A DNA stretch of 63,509 nt, counting the filler. It is 9 parts of 9 records of this genome, joined end to end, with 100 filler letters (N's around TTAATTAATTAA, not from the genome) between each part and the next. Parts side by side here need not be neighbours in the genome. Positions count along the whole stretch, not along the records: positions 38,829 to 44,290 come from DRR723986_26141; positions 44,391 to 51,025 come from DRR723986_26203; positions 51,126 to 58,177 come from DRR723986_26206; 6 more parts are not named here. One strand, given 5' to 3'. The notes under the pieces were generated by a model, which was not told where the DNA came from, made no database searches, and worked only from the letters and a program-made list of their open reading frames with translations. A program made the position numbers and the translations under genes. Below are positions 40,142 through 51,327 of this stretch, in pieces; position 1 is the first letter of the stretch; every line of letters begins with the position of its first letter.

Positions 40142-41761
40142 ATGTCAGCGGTAACATTTCTGGATAAGAGAACACCCTTGAACCAAGCGCAAAAAACCGA
40201 CGCCCCTTTGGATCTTTTTGTGATCGGCGGCGGCATCAATGGCTGCGGGATTGCTCGCGATGCGGCGGGGCGCGGCATGTCTGTTGCCTTGGCGGAAATG
40301 AACGATCTGGCCTCGGCCACGTCATCCGCTTCGACCAAATTGTTCCATGGTGGACTGCGCTATCTTGAGTATTTCGAGATCGCGCTGGTCCGTCATGCCT
40401 TGGGCGAGCGCGAGACATTGCTGAGGGCGATGCCGCATATCTCCTGGCCGATGCGGTTTGTTTTGCCTTACCACAAGGACATGCGGTTTGAGGCCGACAC
40501 GCCAGCCTCGAAGATCCTGAATTTCGCGATGCCCTGGACCAAGGGCCGCCGCCCCGCGTGGCTGATCCGGTTTGGACTGTTTCTTTATGACCATCTGGGT
40601 GGTCGCAAGATTTTGCCCGCAACACGAACCCTGTCACTGAACGGCACACCTGAGGGCGCACCGCTGCAACCGCAGTTCAGCAAGGCGTTTGAGTATTCCG
40701 ATTGCTGGGTCGAAGATGCGCGGCTCGTCGTTCTGAACGCCCGCGATGCCGAGGCGCGGGGCGCCAAGATCATGACCCGCACCAACGTTATCAGCGCCGC
40801 CCGTAAAGGTGATCTTTGGGAGATCACAACCGAAGACACAGGCACGGGCACGCAGCAGTGTCATCACGCCAGGATGCTGGTCAACGCAGGCGGTCCATGG
40901 GTGGGCGACATCATCCAAAGCAAGGTCCGCATCAATTCCCGCGAAGGCGTGCGGCTGGTGCGGGGCAGTCATATCGTCACCAAACGGCTATATGATCACG
41001 ACAAATGCTATTTCTTCCAAGGCACAGATGGGCGGATCATTTTTGCGATCCCATATGAGACCGATTTCACCCTGATCGGCACCACCGATATGGATCACCC
41101 TGATCCTTCGGTGCGCCCCGAATGCACGCCAGAGGAACGGGACTATCTGATCAATTTCGCCAACGGTTATTTCCGGCGGGATCTGAGCGCTGATGACGTG
41201 GTCTGGACATACTCAGGCGTGCGGCCGCTTTATGACGATGGTGCCAGTTCTGCCGCCGCAGCCACCCGCGACTATACCCTCAAGGTCGATGCAAATGGCG
41301 GTGCGCCGATCATGAATATCTTTGGCGGGAAAATCACGACCTACCGAAAGCTCGCCGAAGACGCGATGGAAAAGATTGCGCCGTTTTTTGAAGAGACCGC
41401 AGATCATTGGACCGCAGGCGCCCCTCTGCCCGGCGGTGATTTCCCGGTGGGTGATGTGCAGAAACTGATCGACCTGTTGCTGTCCGATTACCCATTCCTT
41501 GACCGCACGTGGGCCACGCGCCTGATCCGCGCCTACGGGACCGAAGCCCGGCACATTCTGGGCGATGCCAAGGCTGCAACCGATCTAGGCGAAACCTTCG
41601 GTTTTAACCTGACCGAGGCCGAGGTGCGCTGGTTGATGCAGCGTGAATATGCCCAGACCGCCGATGATGTTTTGTGGCGGCGCAGCAAACTGGGTTTGCG
41701 GTTGTCCCAAACCGAGGCAAAAGCGCTGGATCACTGGATGCAACAACCTCCGGCATCTTGA
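40142..41761 (+). CDS. glpD: FAD-dependent glycerol-3-phosphate dehydrogenase
   Basis: Motifs IGGGINGCGIARDAAGRG, TSSASTKLFHGGLRYLE and GGKITTYR. The true start may be TTG 40178. Confidence 0.95.
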   Translation: MSAVTFLDKRTPLNQAQKTDAPLDLFVIGGGINGCGIARDAAGRGMSVALAEMNDLASATSSASTKLFHGGLRYLEYFEIALVRHALGERETLLRAMPHISWPMRFVLPYHKDMRFEADTPASKILNFAMPWTKGRRPAWLIRFGLFLYDHLGGRKILPATRTLSLNGTPEGAPLQPQFSKAFEYSDCWVEDARLVVLNARDAEARGAKIMTRTNVISAARKGDLWEITTEDTGTGTQQCHHARMLVNAGGPWVGDIIQSKVRINSREGVRLVRGSHIVTKRLYDHDKCYFFQGTDGRIIFAIPYETDFTLIGTTDMDHPDPSVRPECTPEERDYLINFANGYFRRDLSADDVVWTYSGVRPLYDDGASSAAAATRDYTLKVDANGGAPIMNIFGGKITTYRKLAEDAMEKIAPFFEETADHWTAGAPLPGGDFPVGDVQKLIDLLLSDYPFLDRTWATRLIRAYGTEARHILGDAKAATDLGETFGFNLTEAEVRWLMQREYAQTADDVLWRRSKLGLRLSQTEAKALDHWMQQPPAS

Positions 41762-41812
41762 CAACTTTGCCCCTGAAAGAAACCATTCTGCAACCCAACC
41801 CAAAGGCCCGTT

Positions 41813-43300
41813 ATGACCCATATTCTTGCTATTGATCAGGGCACAACGTCCTCCCGCGCGTTGGTGTTTGATGGCGCTTTGAGCATCACCGCCACGGCCC
41901 AGCAAGAGTTTGCGCAGCACTTTCCGCACAGTGGTTGGGTCGAGCATGATCCATCTGACCTTTGGTCCACGACCCTGCAAACCTGCCGCGATGCGATAGC
42001 GCAGGCCGGTTTGAACGCATCAGACATCACCGCGATTGGCATCACGAACCAGCGAGAGACGACCGTGGTTTGGGATCGTGAAACCGGCGAGCCGGTTTAC
42101 AACGCCATTGTTTGGCAAGACCGCCGCACCGCCAAATACTGCGCCGAGCTTCGCGCAGATGGCCATGACAAGATGATCACAGCCAAGACCGGCCTTCTGG
42201 CTGATCCGTATTTTTCCGGCACCAAGCTTAAGTGGATTCTGGATACTGTTGACGGCGCAAGGGACCGTGCCCGCGCTGGCAAGTTGTTGTTTGGAACGGT
42301 CGATAGCTTCCTGATCTGGAAGCTGACCAATGGCGCATCCCATGTGACCGATGCCACCAATGCCGCCCGCACCCTGCTTTATGACATCCACAATGGCCGT
42401 TGGAGCAAAAGCATCTGTGATCTGTTCGACATTCCGATGGAGATGCTGCCCAAGGTAAAGGACTGCGCCGCTGATTTTGGCGTGACGGACCCTGCGCATC
42501 TGGGCGCGGCACTGCCCATTCTTGGTGTTGCGGGCGACCAGCAGGCCGCAACCATCGGGCAGGCATGTTTTGAACCGGGCATGTTGAAATCCACCTATGG
42601 TACGGGGTGTTTTGCGCTGCTCAACACCGGCGAAAATGCGGTGGTCTCCAACAATCGCTTGCTGACCACGATCGCCTATCAATTGGACGGCAAGACGACA
42701 TATGCGCTTGAAGGGTCGATCTTTGTGGCGGGCGCCGTTGTGCAATGGCTGCGCGATGGATTGCGGATCATCAAAGGCGCGGCGGAAACGCAAGCTTTGG
42801 CCGAAACAGCGGATGACCAGCAAAACGTGATCATCGTGCCCGCCTTTACCGGCCTTGGGGCACCTTATTGGAACGCCGAATGCCGGGGTGCGGTTTATGG
42901 GCTGACCCGCGGATCAGGACCGGCCGAATTTGCCCGTGCCGCATTGGAAAGTGTCGGATTTCAGACCCGCGATCTGATGGAGGCCATGCATGCCGATTGG
43001 CAGGACGAAGGGGCCGCCCCAACCCTGCGCGTGGATGGTGGGATGAGTGCCAGCAATTGGGCCATGCAGTTTTTGTCGGACATCATCAATGCACCGGTGG
43101 ACCGCCCGCATGTTCTGGAAACCACCGCAATGGGCGCGGCATGGCTGGCCGGACAGCGGGCTGGCATCTATCCGGGTATGGATGAGTTTGCAAAAAGCTG
43201 GGCCAAGGAGCGCAGTTTTGCACCCTCTATGGACGAAGAGGTCCGCGCGGAAAAATACGCCGGTTGGCAACGTGCGGTTGCTGCAACTCTGTCGGTCTAA
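41813..43300 (+). CDS. glpK: Glycerol kinase
   Basis: Motifs [30 protein letters not shown] and KSTYGTGCF. Confidence 0.96.
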   Translation: MTHILAIDQGTTSSRALVFDGALSITATAQQEFAQHFPHSGWVEHDPSDLWSTTLQTCRDAIAQAGLNASDITAIGITNQRETTVVWDRETGEPVYNAIVWQDRRTAKYCAELRADGHDKMITAKTGLLADPYFSGTKLKWILDTVDGARDRARAGKLLFGTVDSFLIWKLTNGASHVTDATNAARTLLYDIHNGRWSKSICDLFDIPMEMLPKVKDCAADFGVTDPAHLGAALPILGVAGDQQAATIGQACFEPGMLKSTYGTGCFALLNTGENAVVSNNRLLTTIAYQLDGKTTYALEGSIFVAGAVVQWLRDGLRIIKGAAETQALAETADDQQNVIIVPAFTGLGAPYWNAECRGAVYGLTRGSGPAEFARAALESVGFQTRDLMEAMHADWQDEGAAPTLRVDGGMSASNWAMQFLSDIINAPVDRPHVLETTAMGAAWLAGQRAGIYPGMDEFAKSWAKERSFAPSMDEEVRAEKYAGWQRAVAATLSV

Positions 43301-43309
43301 AACGGAGGC

Positions 43310-44290
43310 TCAGTTGCGGACACGGCCAAAGGTAGACAGGCGGTTGATCTCGTCCAACCGCTCCAGATTGACCACAGTAGACAGCATCAACCTGTCATGG
43401 CTCCAGTCACCGGGGCGCTGAATTGAGATCGCCGTCAGGGTTGTCACCGCAAACAATGGCAGGATGACCGCAGCCAGGATCAAGCGCGGATGATTGACGC
43501 GCCGTGCATCCAGCAGCGACCTGATCCGATGCTCAAGAAAGCTGGCTTTGCCTTCGCGCAGGGTTGCACGGTCAGCGGTGACCAAGGCGACCTTGGGCAC
43601 AGCAATCACAAAGGTCCGGTCCTTGCGCAATGTCTTTTGGCAGACCGACAACAAAGTATCGCAATAGGTTTTCACACAGATGCTGCCACGGGTCAGCACC
43701 GCACTGTCGCAGCTGAGCTCGCGCAGGTGCTCCACCTGCCGCTTCCATGCGTGATACGCCGGGTTGAGAAAAAACAGCGGTTTGAGCGCCTCAAGCAGGA
43801 TTTCCCATTCAAGATCGCCCTGACGAATGTGTTGGAACTCATGCGCCAGCGACACTTTAAGCTCATTACCTTGGCTCAACATATGTGTCGGGATCACCAC
43901 ATAGTAGTTGCGAATGCCGCGTGTGGAAAACGGCACCAGCGTCCGGTCCGACAGCAACAGGCGCATCCGGCCAAACCGCCGCCAGGTAAAGCTGTTGCCG
44001 ACGATCTTGTGCAGACAGAACATCGAATAAACCAGCCGCACCGCACCCAGTATCAGCCCCGCAAGAAAGGCAACAATCACCGCCTGCGCGACAATCCCCG
44101 CACCACTCAGGACATTGGCCGATAGATTTTCGCGGATCTGGATCAAGCTTTCAAAGCGGGTCGCTTTCATCTCGAACCCGCCATTCAGGTAGTGAGACAC
44201 CACCATATCCGACAGATTCAGGTTCACCCCCGTTGCGATGCCGTTGCTTTGTAGACCGTTGAACAGAAGAACAAGAAAGGGCGCAAAAAC
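43310..44290 (-). CDS. M56 (BlaR1/MecR1-like) metallopeptidase (5' truncated)
   Basis: HEXXH in AHEFQHIRQGD, FFLNP and RELSCD. The frame stays open to the contig end. Confidence 0.85.
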   Translation of the reverse strand, partial: VFAPFLVLLFNGLQSNGIATGVNLNLSDMVVSHYLNGGFEMKATRFESLIQIRENLSANVLSGAGIVAQAVIVAFLAGLILGAVRLVYSMFCLHKIVGNSFTWRRFGRMRLLLSDRTLVPFSTRGIRNYYVVIPTHMLSQGNELKVSLAHEFQHIRQGDLEWEILLEALKPLFFLNPAYHAWKRQVEHLRELSCDSAVLTRGSICVKTYCDTLLSVCQKTLRKDRTFVIAVPKVALVTADRATLREGKASFLEHRIRSLLDARRVNHPRLILAAVILPLFAVTTLTAISIQRPGDWSHDRLMLSTVVNLERLDEINRLSTFGRVRN

Positions 44291-44390
44291 NNNNNNNNNN
44301 NNNNNNNNNNNNNNNNNNNNNNNNNNNNNNNNNNTTAATTAATTAANNNNNNNNNNNNNNNNNNNNNNNNNNNNNNNNNNNNNNNNNNNN
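44291..44390. other. Artificial contig-joining spacer
   Basis: N44-TTAATTAATTAA-N44. Confidence 0.98.
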
Positions 44391-47300
44391 TATTGCTCCA
44401 GTGTTGACCAACGATAATTGCAGCATTATTACACAAACTTGGGCTTTAACAGGTGCTACAACAGCAAATTCTGCTGCAATTGGTATCAATGATGCTTCCG
44501 GGCAAACCTTTAACGTGGGTGTCACAACGGTAACTTATACCGTGACAGATGCAGCCGGAAATACGTTTAATTGTAGTTTTGATGTTACCATTACTGATAC
44601 TGAGGATCCAACTTTGGTTTGTCCAGCAGATATAACGGTAAACAATACGGTTGGCTTATGTGGTGCGATTGTAAATTATACTGCACCTATTGGTAATGAT
44701 AACTGTCCTGGTCAAGTGACAACACTGTTTAGTGGTCAAGCTTCAGGTTCATTTTTTACAGTTGGTACTACAACTGTAACCTATGAAGTGGTAGATGCTG
44801 CGGGAAATTCAGTGCAATGTTCGTTTGACGTAACTGTCGTAGATGCTGAAAATCCTACAATTACTTGCCCAGCAGACATTAATCAAAATAATGATCCGGG
44901 GCTTTGTGGAGGAGTTGTGAATTACGTAGCTCCGGTAGGAAACGATAATTGCCCTGGTGCATCTACAAATCTAATTGCAGGATTGGCTCCTGGTTCTATA
45001 TTCCCAGTAGGAACAACAGTTGTGACATATGAAGTTCAGGATGCTGCCGGAAATACCGTTCAATGTTCGTTTAATGTTACGATTACGGATACAGAACCTC
45101 CAGGAATGATATGCCCTCCGGATCAAACAGAATATTTAGATGCAGCTTGTCAGCACATTCTTGGAGATTATCTGACGCCAATGTTAATTACTGATAATTG
45201 TAACTTAGCAAGTTCTTCACAAACTCCAGTAGCAGGTACAATTATTACCGCAGATCAGGTCGTAACAATAACAGCGACTGATATTTATGGTAATATTAAT
45301 TCGTGTAACTTCACAGTATTTGTTTCAGACAGCACAAGCCCTGCATTAACTTGTCCTGCAGATCAAAACGTATTCTTTGATGCAAGTTGTCAATATACAC
45401 TTCTAGACTACACAGGAATGGCAATAACATCTGATAATTGCGGGTCTACTACTGTGACGCAGCTTCCACTGCCTGGGACTGTTATTTTTGCCAATCAAAC
45501 TGTAACCCTAACTTCTGATGACGGTAATGGCAATACAACAGTTTGTGCATTTGATGTATTACCAACGGATAATACGGCACCTACTATAAATTGCCCTGTA
45601 GATCAAAATGTATCATTTGATGCTAATTGTCAGTACACCTTGTTAGATTATACAGGCCTTGCTGCAACTAACGACAATTGTGGAGCAGTAGTAGTAACAC
45701 AATCACCAGCAGCGGGAACTATTATTTCAGGCACAACGACCATTACTTTAACTGCCACAGATGGTTCGGGTAACTCAACTTCATGTACTTTTGATGTAAT
45801 TCCAAGTGATAATAGCAATCCTACGGTAACTTGTCCTGGAAATCAAAATGTATTCTTTGATGCAGCTTGTACATATACCTTACTAGATTATATTCCAATG
45901 GTTACTGCAGCTGATAACTGTGGAATTGCGACTATAGATCAATCTCCTATAGCAGGGACAGTAATTTCAGTGAATACTAACGTTACCATTACTGTTACTG
46001 ATTTATCTGGAAATGTTAGTACGTGTTCATTTAGCGTTAATCCTACAGATAATATTTTACCAACTATCACATGCCCTGGAGATCAAGTTGTTTCGCTAAG
46101 CGCAACATGTGATTATACAATGAATGACTTTACAGGTTTGCTTGTGACTGGAGACAATTGTGCGGTTGCATCTATAACGCAATCACCTATTCCAGGTACG
46201 GTAATAACCTCAACCACAACAGTAACATTTACGGTGACTGATGGTGCTGGAAACACTTCAAATTGTTCAATAGATGTCATTCCAGTTGATGACACTCCAC
46301 CTTCGCTAACGTGTCCACCTGATCAGAATGTATTCTTTAATTCTATGTGCAGCTATGTATTGTTGGACTACACTGGAATGGCAGCAACGGCGGACAATTG
46401 TGGAGCACCTGTAATTACTCAAAATCCTCTACCAGGAACATTGATTGTTGGTAACCAAACAGTAACACTAACATCTATAGATGGTGCCGGTAATGTAACC
46501 ACATGTTCATTTGATGTGCTTCCGACAGATAACACACCGCCAATTATCTCATCATGTCCTCCGGATCAAAATGAGTACGTTGGTTCAAGCTGTAAATACA
46601 CGATTCCAGATTATACAGGTATGTTAGTTGGAACGGATAACTGCGGAGGTTTTGTAGTTACTCAATCACCTGTTGGAGGAACAGATATTTCCACAAATTC
46701 AATAATTACGTTGACTGCCACTGACGGATCTGGGAATACCAGTACATGTAGCTTCAATATCTTTTTATCTGACACAATTTCACCAACTATATCATGTCCG
46801 CCAAGTGCGCTGAATGTCTTCTTTGATGCTAACTGTGAGTACATATTGACCGATTATTCTGCTTTAGGTTCTCCATTTGATAATTGTGGATCAACGGTGA
46901 TAAGTCAAAGTCCACCGATCGGAACTGCTATTATCGCCAATCAAGTGTTAACCTTAATAGTTACTGACCCTTCTGGGAATACAGGACAGTGTGATTTTGA
47001 CATTATCCCTCAAGATACTATTCCGCCTAACATAGTTTGTCCTGGGCCTCAAGTATCCTTTTTAAATGATACGTGTTATTCTGAGATGCCTGACTTCACT
47101 AGTTTAGCAAATACTTCCGCGAATTGTGAAGCGGTAATTGTTACCCAATCGCCCGTTCCTGGAACAGTTTTTAACGGGCCACAAACAGTTACTTTATTTG
47201 GCCAAGATGCAAGTGGAAATATTTCATCTTGTTCATTCAATGTGACACTAGATGATACAATTAATCCGCAAATTCAATGTCCTCCAGATATAAACCTTTG

Positions 47301-48459
47301 TAGTAATATTGTTACATATTCAACACCGACAGCAACAGACAATTGTGGTGTGCCAACAGTAACAAGAATTTCAGGCTTGCCTTCGGGTTCAACATTCCCA
47401 GATGGTTTAACTGTAATGACTTTCGTTGCCACAGATGGATACGGAAATACGGACACGTGCTCATTTAATATTAATGTGTATGAAAAACCGGCAGGTTCGG
47501 CAACAGTTACTGATATTAGTTGTTACGGTGAAGTTGATGGTTCAATTGACCTTTCTGTAAGTGGTGGAAATCCACCTTATAATTATGTGTGGTCAACTAC
47601 TGCGACAACTGAGGATATTTTTGGATTAGCCGAAGGTAATTATCAAGTGATTATTACTGACAGTCAAGGATGTGTAGATACCCTAGATGCTGATGTCGTT
47701 GAGCCTGATTCATTGTGGTTAGAAGCAGTTGTAGATAATATAAGTTGTTATGGAGAGGTTGATGGAAATGTATTTGTTACTGTAAATGGTGGAACATTCC
47801 CATATACCTATACTTGGGCAACAGCTGGAGCTGGTAATACAGCGAGTAACTTGGCGGAGGGCACTTATGGTTTAAATGTAGTTGATGGAAGAGGTTGTTC
47901 AATTGATGCTTCATTCAACATTATTGAACCAGATTCAATTTCATTAATTGCGGATATATCACAATACAGTAACGGATGGCAAATCTCAGTTGAAAATGGT
48001 TCAGATGGACATATTGATTTAACCGTAGTCGGAGGAACTGGGCCGTTTAATTATTCATGGGATAATGGTGATATGACATCTTATATTGATAATTTGACCG
48101 CTGGAACATATACCGTTATTGTAACGGATACAATGGGATGTGAATATGAAGAAACTTATATTTTAGATCAACCTTTAGCTGTAGTATTGTCAAATGCGTT
48201 TAGCCCGAATGGTGACGGATTAAACGATTATTTTGTAATTAAGAATATTGATAGATATCCAGAAAACACATTAGTTGTGATGAACCGTTGGGGTGATGTT
48301 GTTTACGAAAAAGCTGGGTACATGAACGAATGGGATGGAACTCCTAATAAAGGAATTGTGATGTATGGAAATAAAGTGCCAGAGGGCTCTTATTTCTTCA
48401 TGCTGAACTTAGGTAAGGATCAAGGTAAGTTGACGGGATATATTGTGATAAATAGATGA
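44391..48459 (+). CDS. T9SS-secreted adhesin with HYR and SprB repeats and a gliding-motility (type B) C-terminal domain (5' truncated)
   Basis: Repeats P.I.CP...DNC...D..GN...CSF.V, then ISCYG..DG.I...V.GG repeats, then C-terminal NAFSPNGDGLNDYF...NRWG...WDG...GSYF...GYI. Confidence 0.92.
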
Positions 48460-48463
48460 TAAT

Positions 48464-49414
48464 ATGAGAGGAATAATTATAGTGTTATTGTGTTGCGTAG
48501 GGTTGATCGGGTTTGGACAAAACCGGGTGAATTACTCTCAGTATATGCATAATCATCAAATTTTTAACCCTGCTTATGTTGAAGAATCAAATACTGTGGG
48601 GGGATCAATTCTTTATAGAAATCAATGGATGGGTATTGAAGGAACTCCTTCATCATTCATTGGAGATGCCTATTATGGTTTTAGAAATCACAATTTGAAC
48701 CTACAATTTTTATACGATAAAATTACAGTGTTTAAACACTTAGAAGCCGGTTTATCCTACAGTTATTCTGTTAAGTTAGACAGAAATACCAGAATGTCTT
48801 TTGGCTTAAAAGCAACCTATAATCAGCAAACTGCTAATTACAATACCTTGTCCTATTTTGATGGTGGAGATCCAAGTTTATCAGGTACGATTAAAAAAAT
48901 TGGAGTGAATTTTGGAGCCGGCTTATTTGTTAGAAGTAAGCATTGGCATGTTGGCTTAGGTGCTCCCTATATCTTTAATAATAACAATGTTGATTTTACA
49001 AGCACCATGTTTGGAGATTTGTCATATCAACATTTCTTTTTAACTGGTGGATATCGCATCATTGATGAACCTGGAGTTCAGTTTTATCCCACTGCAATGA
49101 TGAAATGGACCAAGGGAAGTCCGTTGGCGATTTCGGCAGATTTAAATTTTGTATTAAGACAAAAGTTTTGGCTTTCTGCTGGATATCGTATTGATAATAC
49201 GGTTGTGCTTTCTGCAGGTTTGATATTATGGAAAAACTTTAAAGTGATTTATTCTTATGATTTAGGATTAGGGAAAGTAAATAGATTTGGTGGGATGACA
49301 CATGAATTGTCTTTGGGTTATGGAATGTCAATGTATAAGAGCTCATTCCAGAAACGGAAGTATGTCAATAAAAAAGGTGGCAGAATGAAGACTAGGAGAA
49401 GAAGATGGAGATAA
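48464..49414 (+). CDS. PorP/SprF-family T9SS membrane protein
   Basis: Motifs YSQYM.N....NPAY, YRNQWMGIEGTP, YSYD and GMTHE, directly after a type B CTD gene. Confidence 0.9.
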   Translation: MRGIIIVLLCCVGLIGFGQNRVNYSQYMHNHQIFNPAYVEESNTVGGSILYRNQWMGIEGTPSSFIGDAYYGFRNHNLNLQFLYDKITVFKHLEAGLSYSYSVKLDRNTRMSFGLKATYNQQTANYNTLSYFDGGDPSLSGTIKKIGVNFGAGLFVRSKHWHVGLGAPYIFNNNNVDFTSTMFGDLSYQHFFLTGGYRIIDEPGVQFYPTAMMKWTKGSPLAISADLNFVLRQKFWLSAGYRIDNTVVLSAGLILWKNFKVIYSYDLGLGKVNRFGGMTHELSLGYGMSMYKSSFQKRKYVNKKGGRMKTRRRRWR

Positions 49415-49444
49415 ATTCTCTACTCAACCAACATTTATTTTAGG

Positions 49445-50170
49445 ATGAAAGTTTTAGGAATTATTCCATCTCGTTATGATTCAAGTAGATTTCCGGGCAA
49501 GCCTTTGGTGGACATTAACGGTAAATCAATGATCCAAAGGGTTTATGAACAAGCTTTAAAATCCGATTTAATTCAAGATTTAATTGTTGCCACGGACGAT
49601 CAAAGAATTTTGGATCATGTAATTGATTTTGGAGGCAAGGCCATGATGACTTCAACAAGTCATGAGAATGGTACTCAGCGTTGTGGAGAAGTTATTCAGC
49701 AGTACTCAAATTATGATGTGGTCATAAATATTCAAGGAGATGAACCACTAATTCAGGCCCAGCAGTTGGACAAAGTTCTACAATTATTCAATGATTCTTC
49801 AGTTAAAATTGGGACTTTAGTGAAACCTATAAAGGATATTTCAGAAGTAGAAAATTCCAATCGAATTAAGGTAGTTGTTGATCATCAAAAAAACGCATTA
49901 TATTTTTCGAGAAGTGTGCTGCCATTTACGCGAAATAAAGGTGAAAATGCCAGCTATTTAAAACATATAGGGATTTACGCCTGGCGATTATCGGTGCTGA
50001 AAGAATTGATTGTATTGCCAGTTTGTGAATTAGAGGAAAGAGAATCATTGGAGCAGCTTAGATGGTTGTATAACGGCTATTCAATTAGGACGGCAGAGAC
50101 CACTATTGAAACACCAAATATTGACACTCCAGAAGATTTAGAAGCAGTATTGCGTGTTCTAAAATCTTAA
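49445..50170 (+). CDS. kdsB: 3-deoxy-manno-octulosonate cytidylyltransferase
   Basis: Motifs IPSRYDSSRFPGKPL, VATDD, NIQGDEP, ALYFSRS, HIGIY and ESLEQLR. Confidence 0.93.
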   Translation: MKVLGIIPSRYDSSRFPGKPLVDINGKSMIQRVYEQALKSDLIQDLIVATDDQRILDHVIDFGGKAMMTSTSHENGTQRCGEVIQQYSNYDVVINIQGDEPLIQAQQLDKVLQLFNDSSVKIGTLVKPIKDISEVENSNRIKVVVDHQKNALYFSRSVLPFTRNKGENASYLKHIGIYAWRLSVLKELIVLPVCELEERESLEQLRWLYNGYSIRTAETTIETPNIDTPEDLEAVLRVLKS

Positions 50171-50205
50171 TACAGTACCTTTGCACTTTAAAATCAATCA
50201 GTAAG

Positions 50206-51025
50206 ATGTCAAGTAGAGGAGAAAACGGGGGTAAAAAACCCAATAAGCGATTATCGAATAAAAAATTCAATAAAAGGCCAGATGATAAATTCAAAAAGAG
50301 AAAAGGAGATCCATTACCGTCTTTTAGTGAAAATATCCGATTGAATAAATTTATTGCCAATGCAGGAATTTGTTCAAGACGTGAGGCTGATGTTTTAATC
50401 GCAACTGGTGTTGTCGAAGTGAACGGAAAAATTATCACTGAAATGGGTTATAAAGTTAAGCCCGGTGATGAAGTGAAATATGACGGCGCTACTATTCGCT
50501 CAGAGAAAAAACAATATGTCTTATTAAATAAGCCAAAGAACTTCATCACCACCATGATGGATCCTCAAGGCAGAAAGACAGCTTATCAATTGGTTGCAAA
50601 TGCTTGTAAAGAAAGAATTTATCCAGTAGGTAGATTAGACAGAAATACGACAGGTTTGTTATTGTTCACCAATGATGGAGATTTAGCGAAAAGACTTACT
50701 CATCCGAGATATGAAGTAGCGAAATTGTACCATGTTGAAACCGACAAACCCATTAAGCAAGAACACATTGAAGCATTGAAATCTGGAGTTGAATTAGATG
50801 ATGGAGCTTTTGTTAAGGCTGACCAGGTTGAATTTATATCCGAGTCTAAAAATCGAGAGGTCGGTATCGAAATCCATTCAGGTAAAAACAGGGTAATTAG
50901 AAGAATGTTTGAGTCAATTGGCTACGAAGTAATCAAGTTGGATAGAGTGAAGTTCGCTGGCCTTACTAAGAAAGATTTACCAAGGGGTACTTGGAGACAT
51001 TTAGAAGAAAATGAGATCTCATTTT
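50206..51025 (+). CDS. rluB: RsuA/RluB-family 23S rRNA pseudouridine synthase (3' truncated)
   Basis: Motifs RLNKFIANAGICSRR, GRLDRNTTGLL and GKNRVIRRMF. A Bacteroidota TAnnTTTG promoter motif lies at 50176-50183. Confidence 0.85.
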
Positions 51026-51125
51026 NNNNNNNNNNNNNNNNNNNNNNNNNNNNNNNNNNNNNNNNNNNNTTAATTAATTAANNNNNNNNNNNNNNNNNNN
51101 NNNNNNNNNNNNNNNNNNNNNNNNN
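51026..51125. other. Artificial contig-joining spacer
   Basis: N44-TTAATTAATTAA-N44. Confidence 0.98.
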
Positions 51126-51325
51126 ACTACCATCACCTTCTTTCCTTTAAAGGAACTAAAATCAACCATTTCACCATTTAGGTCTTTCATGGAGAATTCA
51201 TAGAATGATGGAGCCATAACTTCTTTATCAATAGAGGTGTTTTTAGCTTTTAAAACAGAAGTTTCGCTTATAGAGTAGGCACTCATGAGCAACAAAAAAC
51301 AGCCTAGAAATAGTAAATTCTTCAT
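51126..51325 (-). CDS. Glutathione peroxidase-family protein, N-terminal fragment
   Basis: Signal-like leader followed by SFYEFSMKDLNGEMVDFSSFKGKKVMV. Confidence 0.7.
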
Positions 51326-51327
51326 AG

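Noticed and set aside
38829-43300. leuB-VOC-glpD-glpK neighbourhood
   Set aside because: These are ordinary housekeeping genes with nothing left unexplained.
44391-47500. Periodic nucleotide similarity considered as a CRISPR array or DNA repeat
   Set aside because: It is explained by protein domain repeats within one ORF. I found no identical direct repeats with unique spacers, cas genes, tRNAs or rRNAs anywhere in the window.
24239-51025. Two RsuA-family pseudouridine synthases in one window
   Set aside because: They lie on different contigs from different organisms, so this is coincidence.
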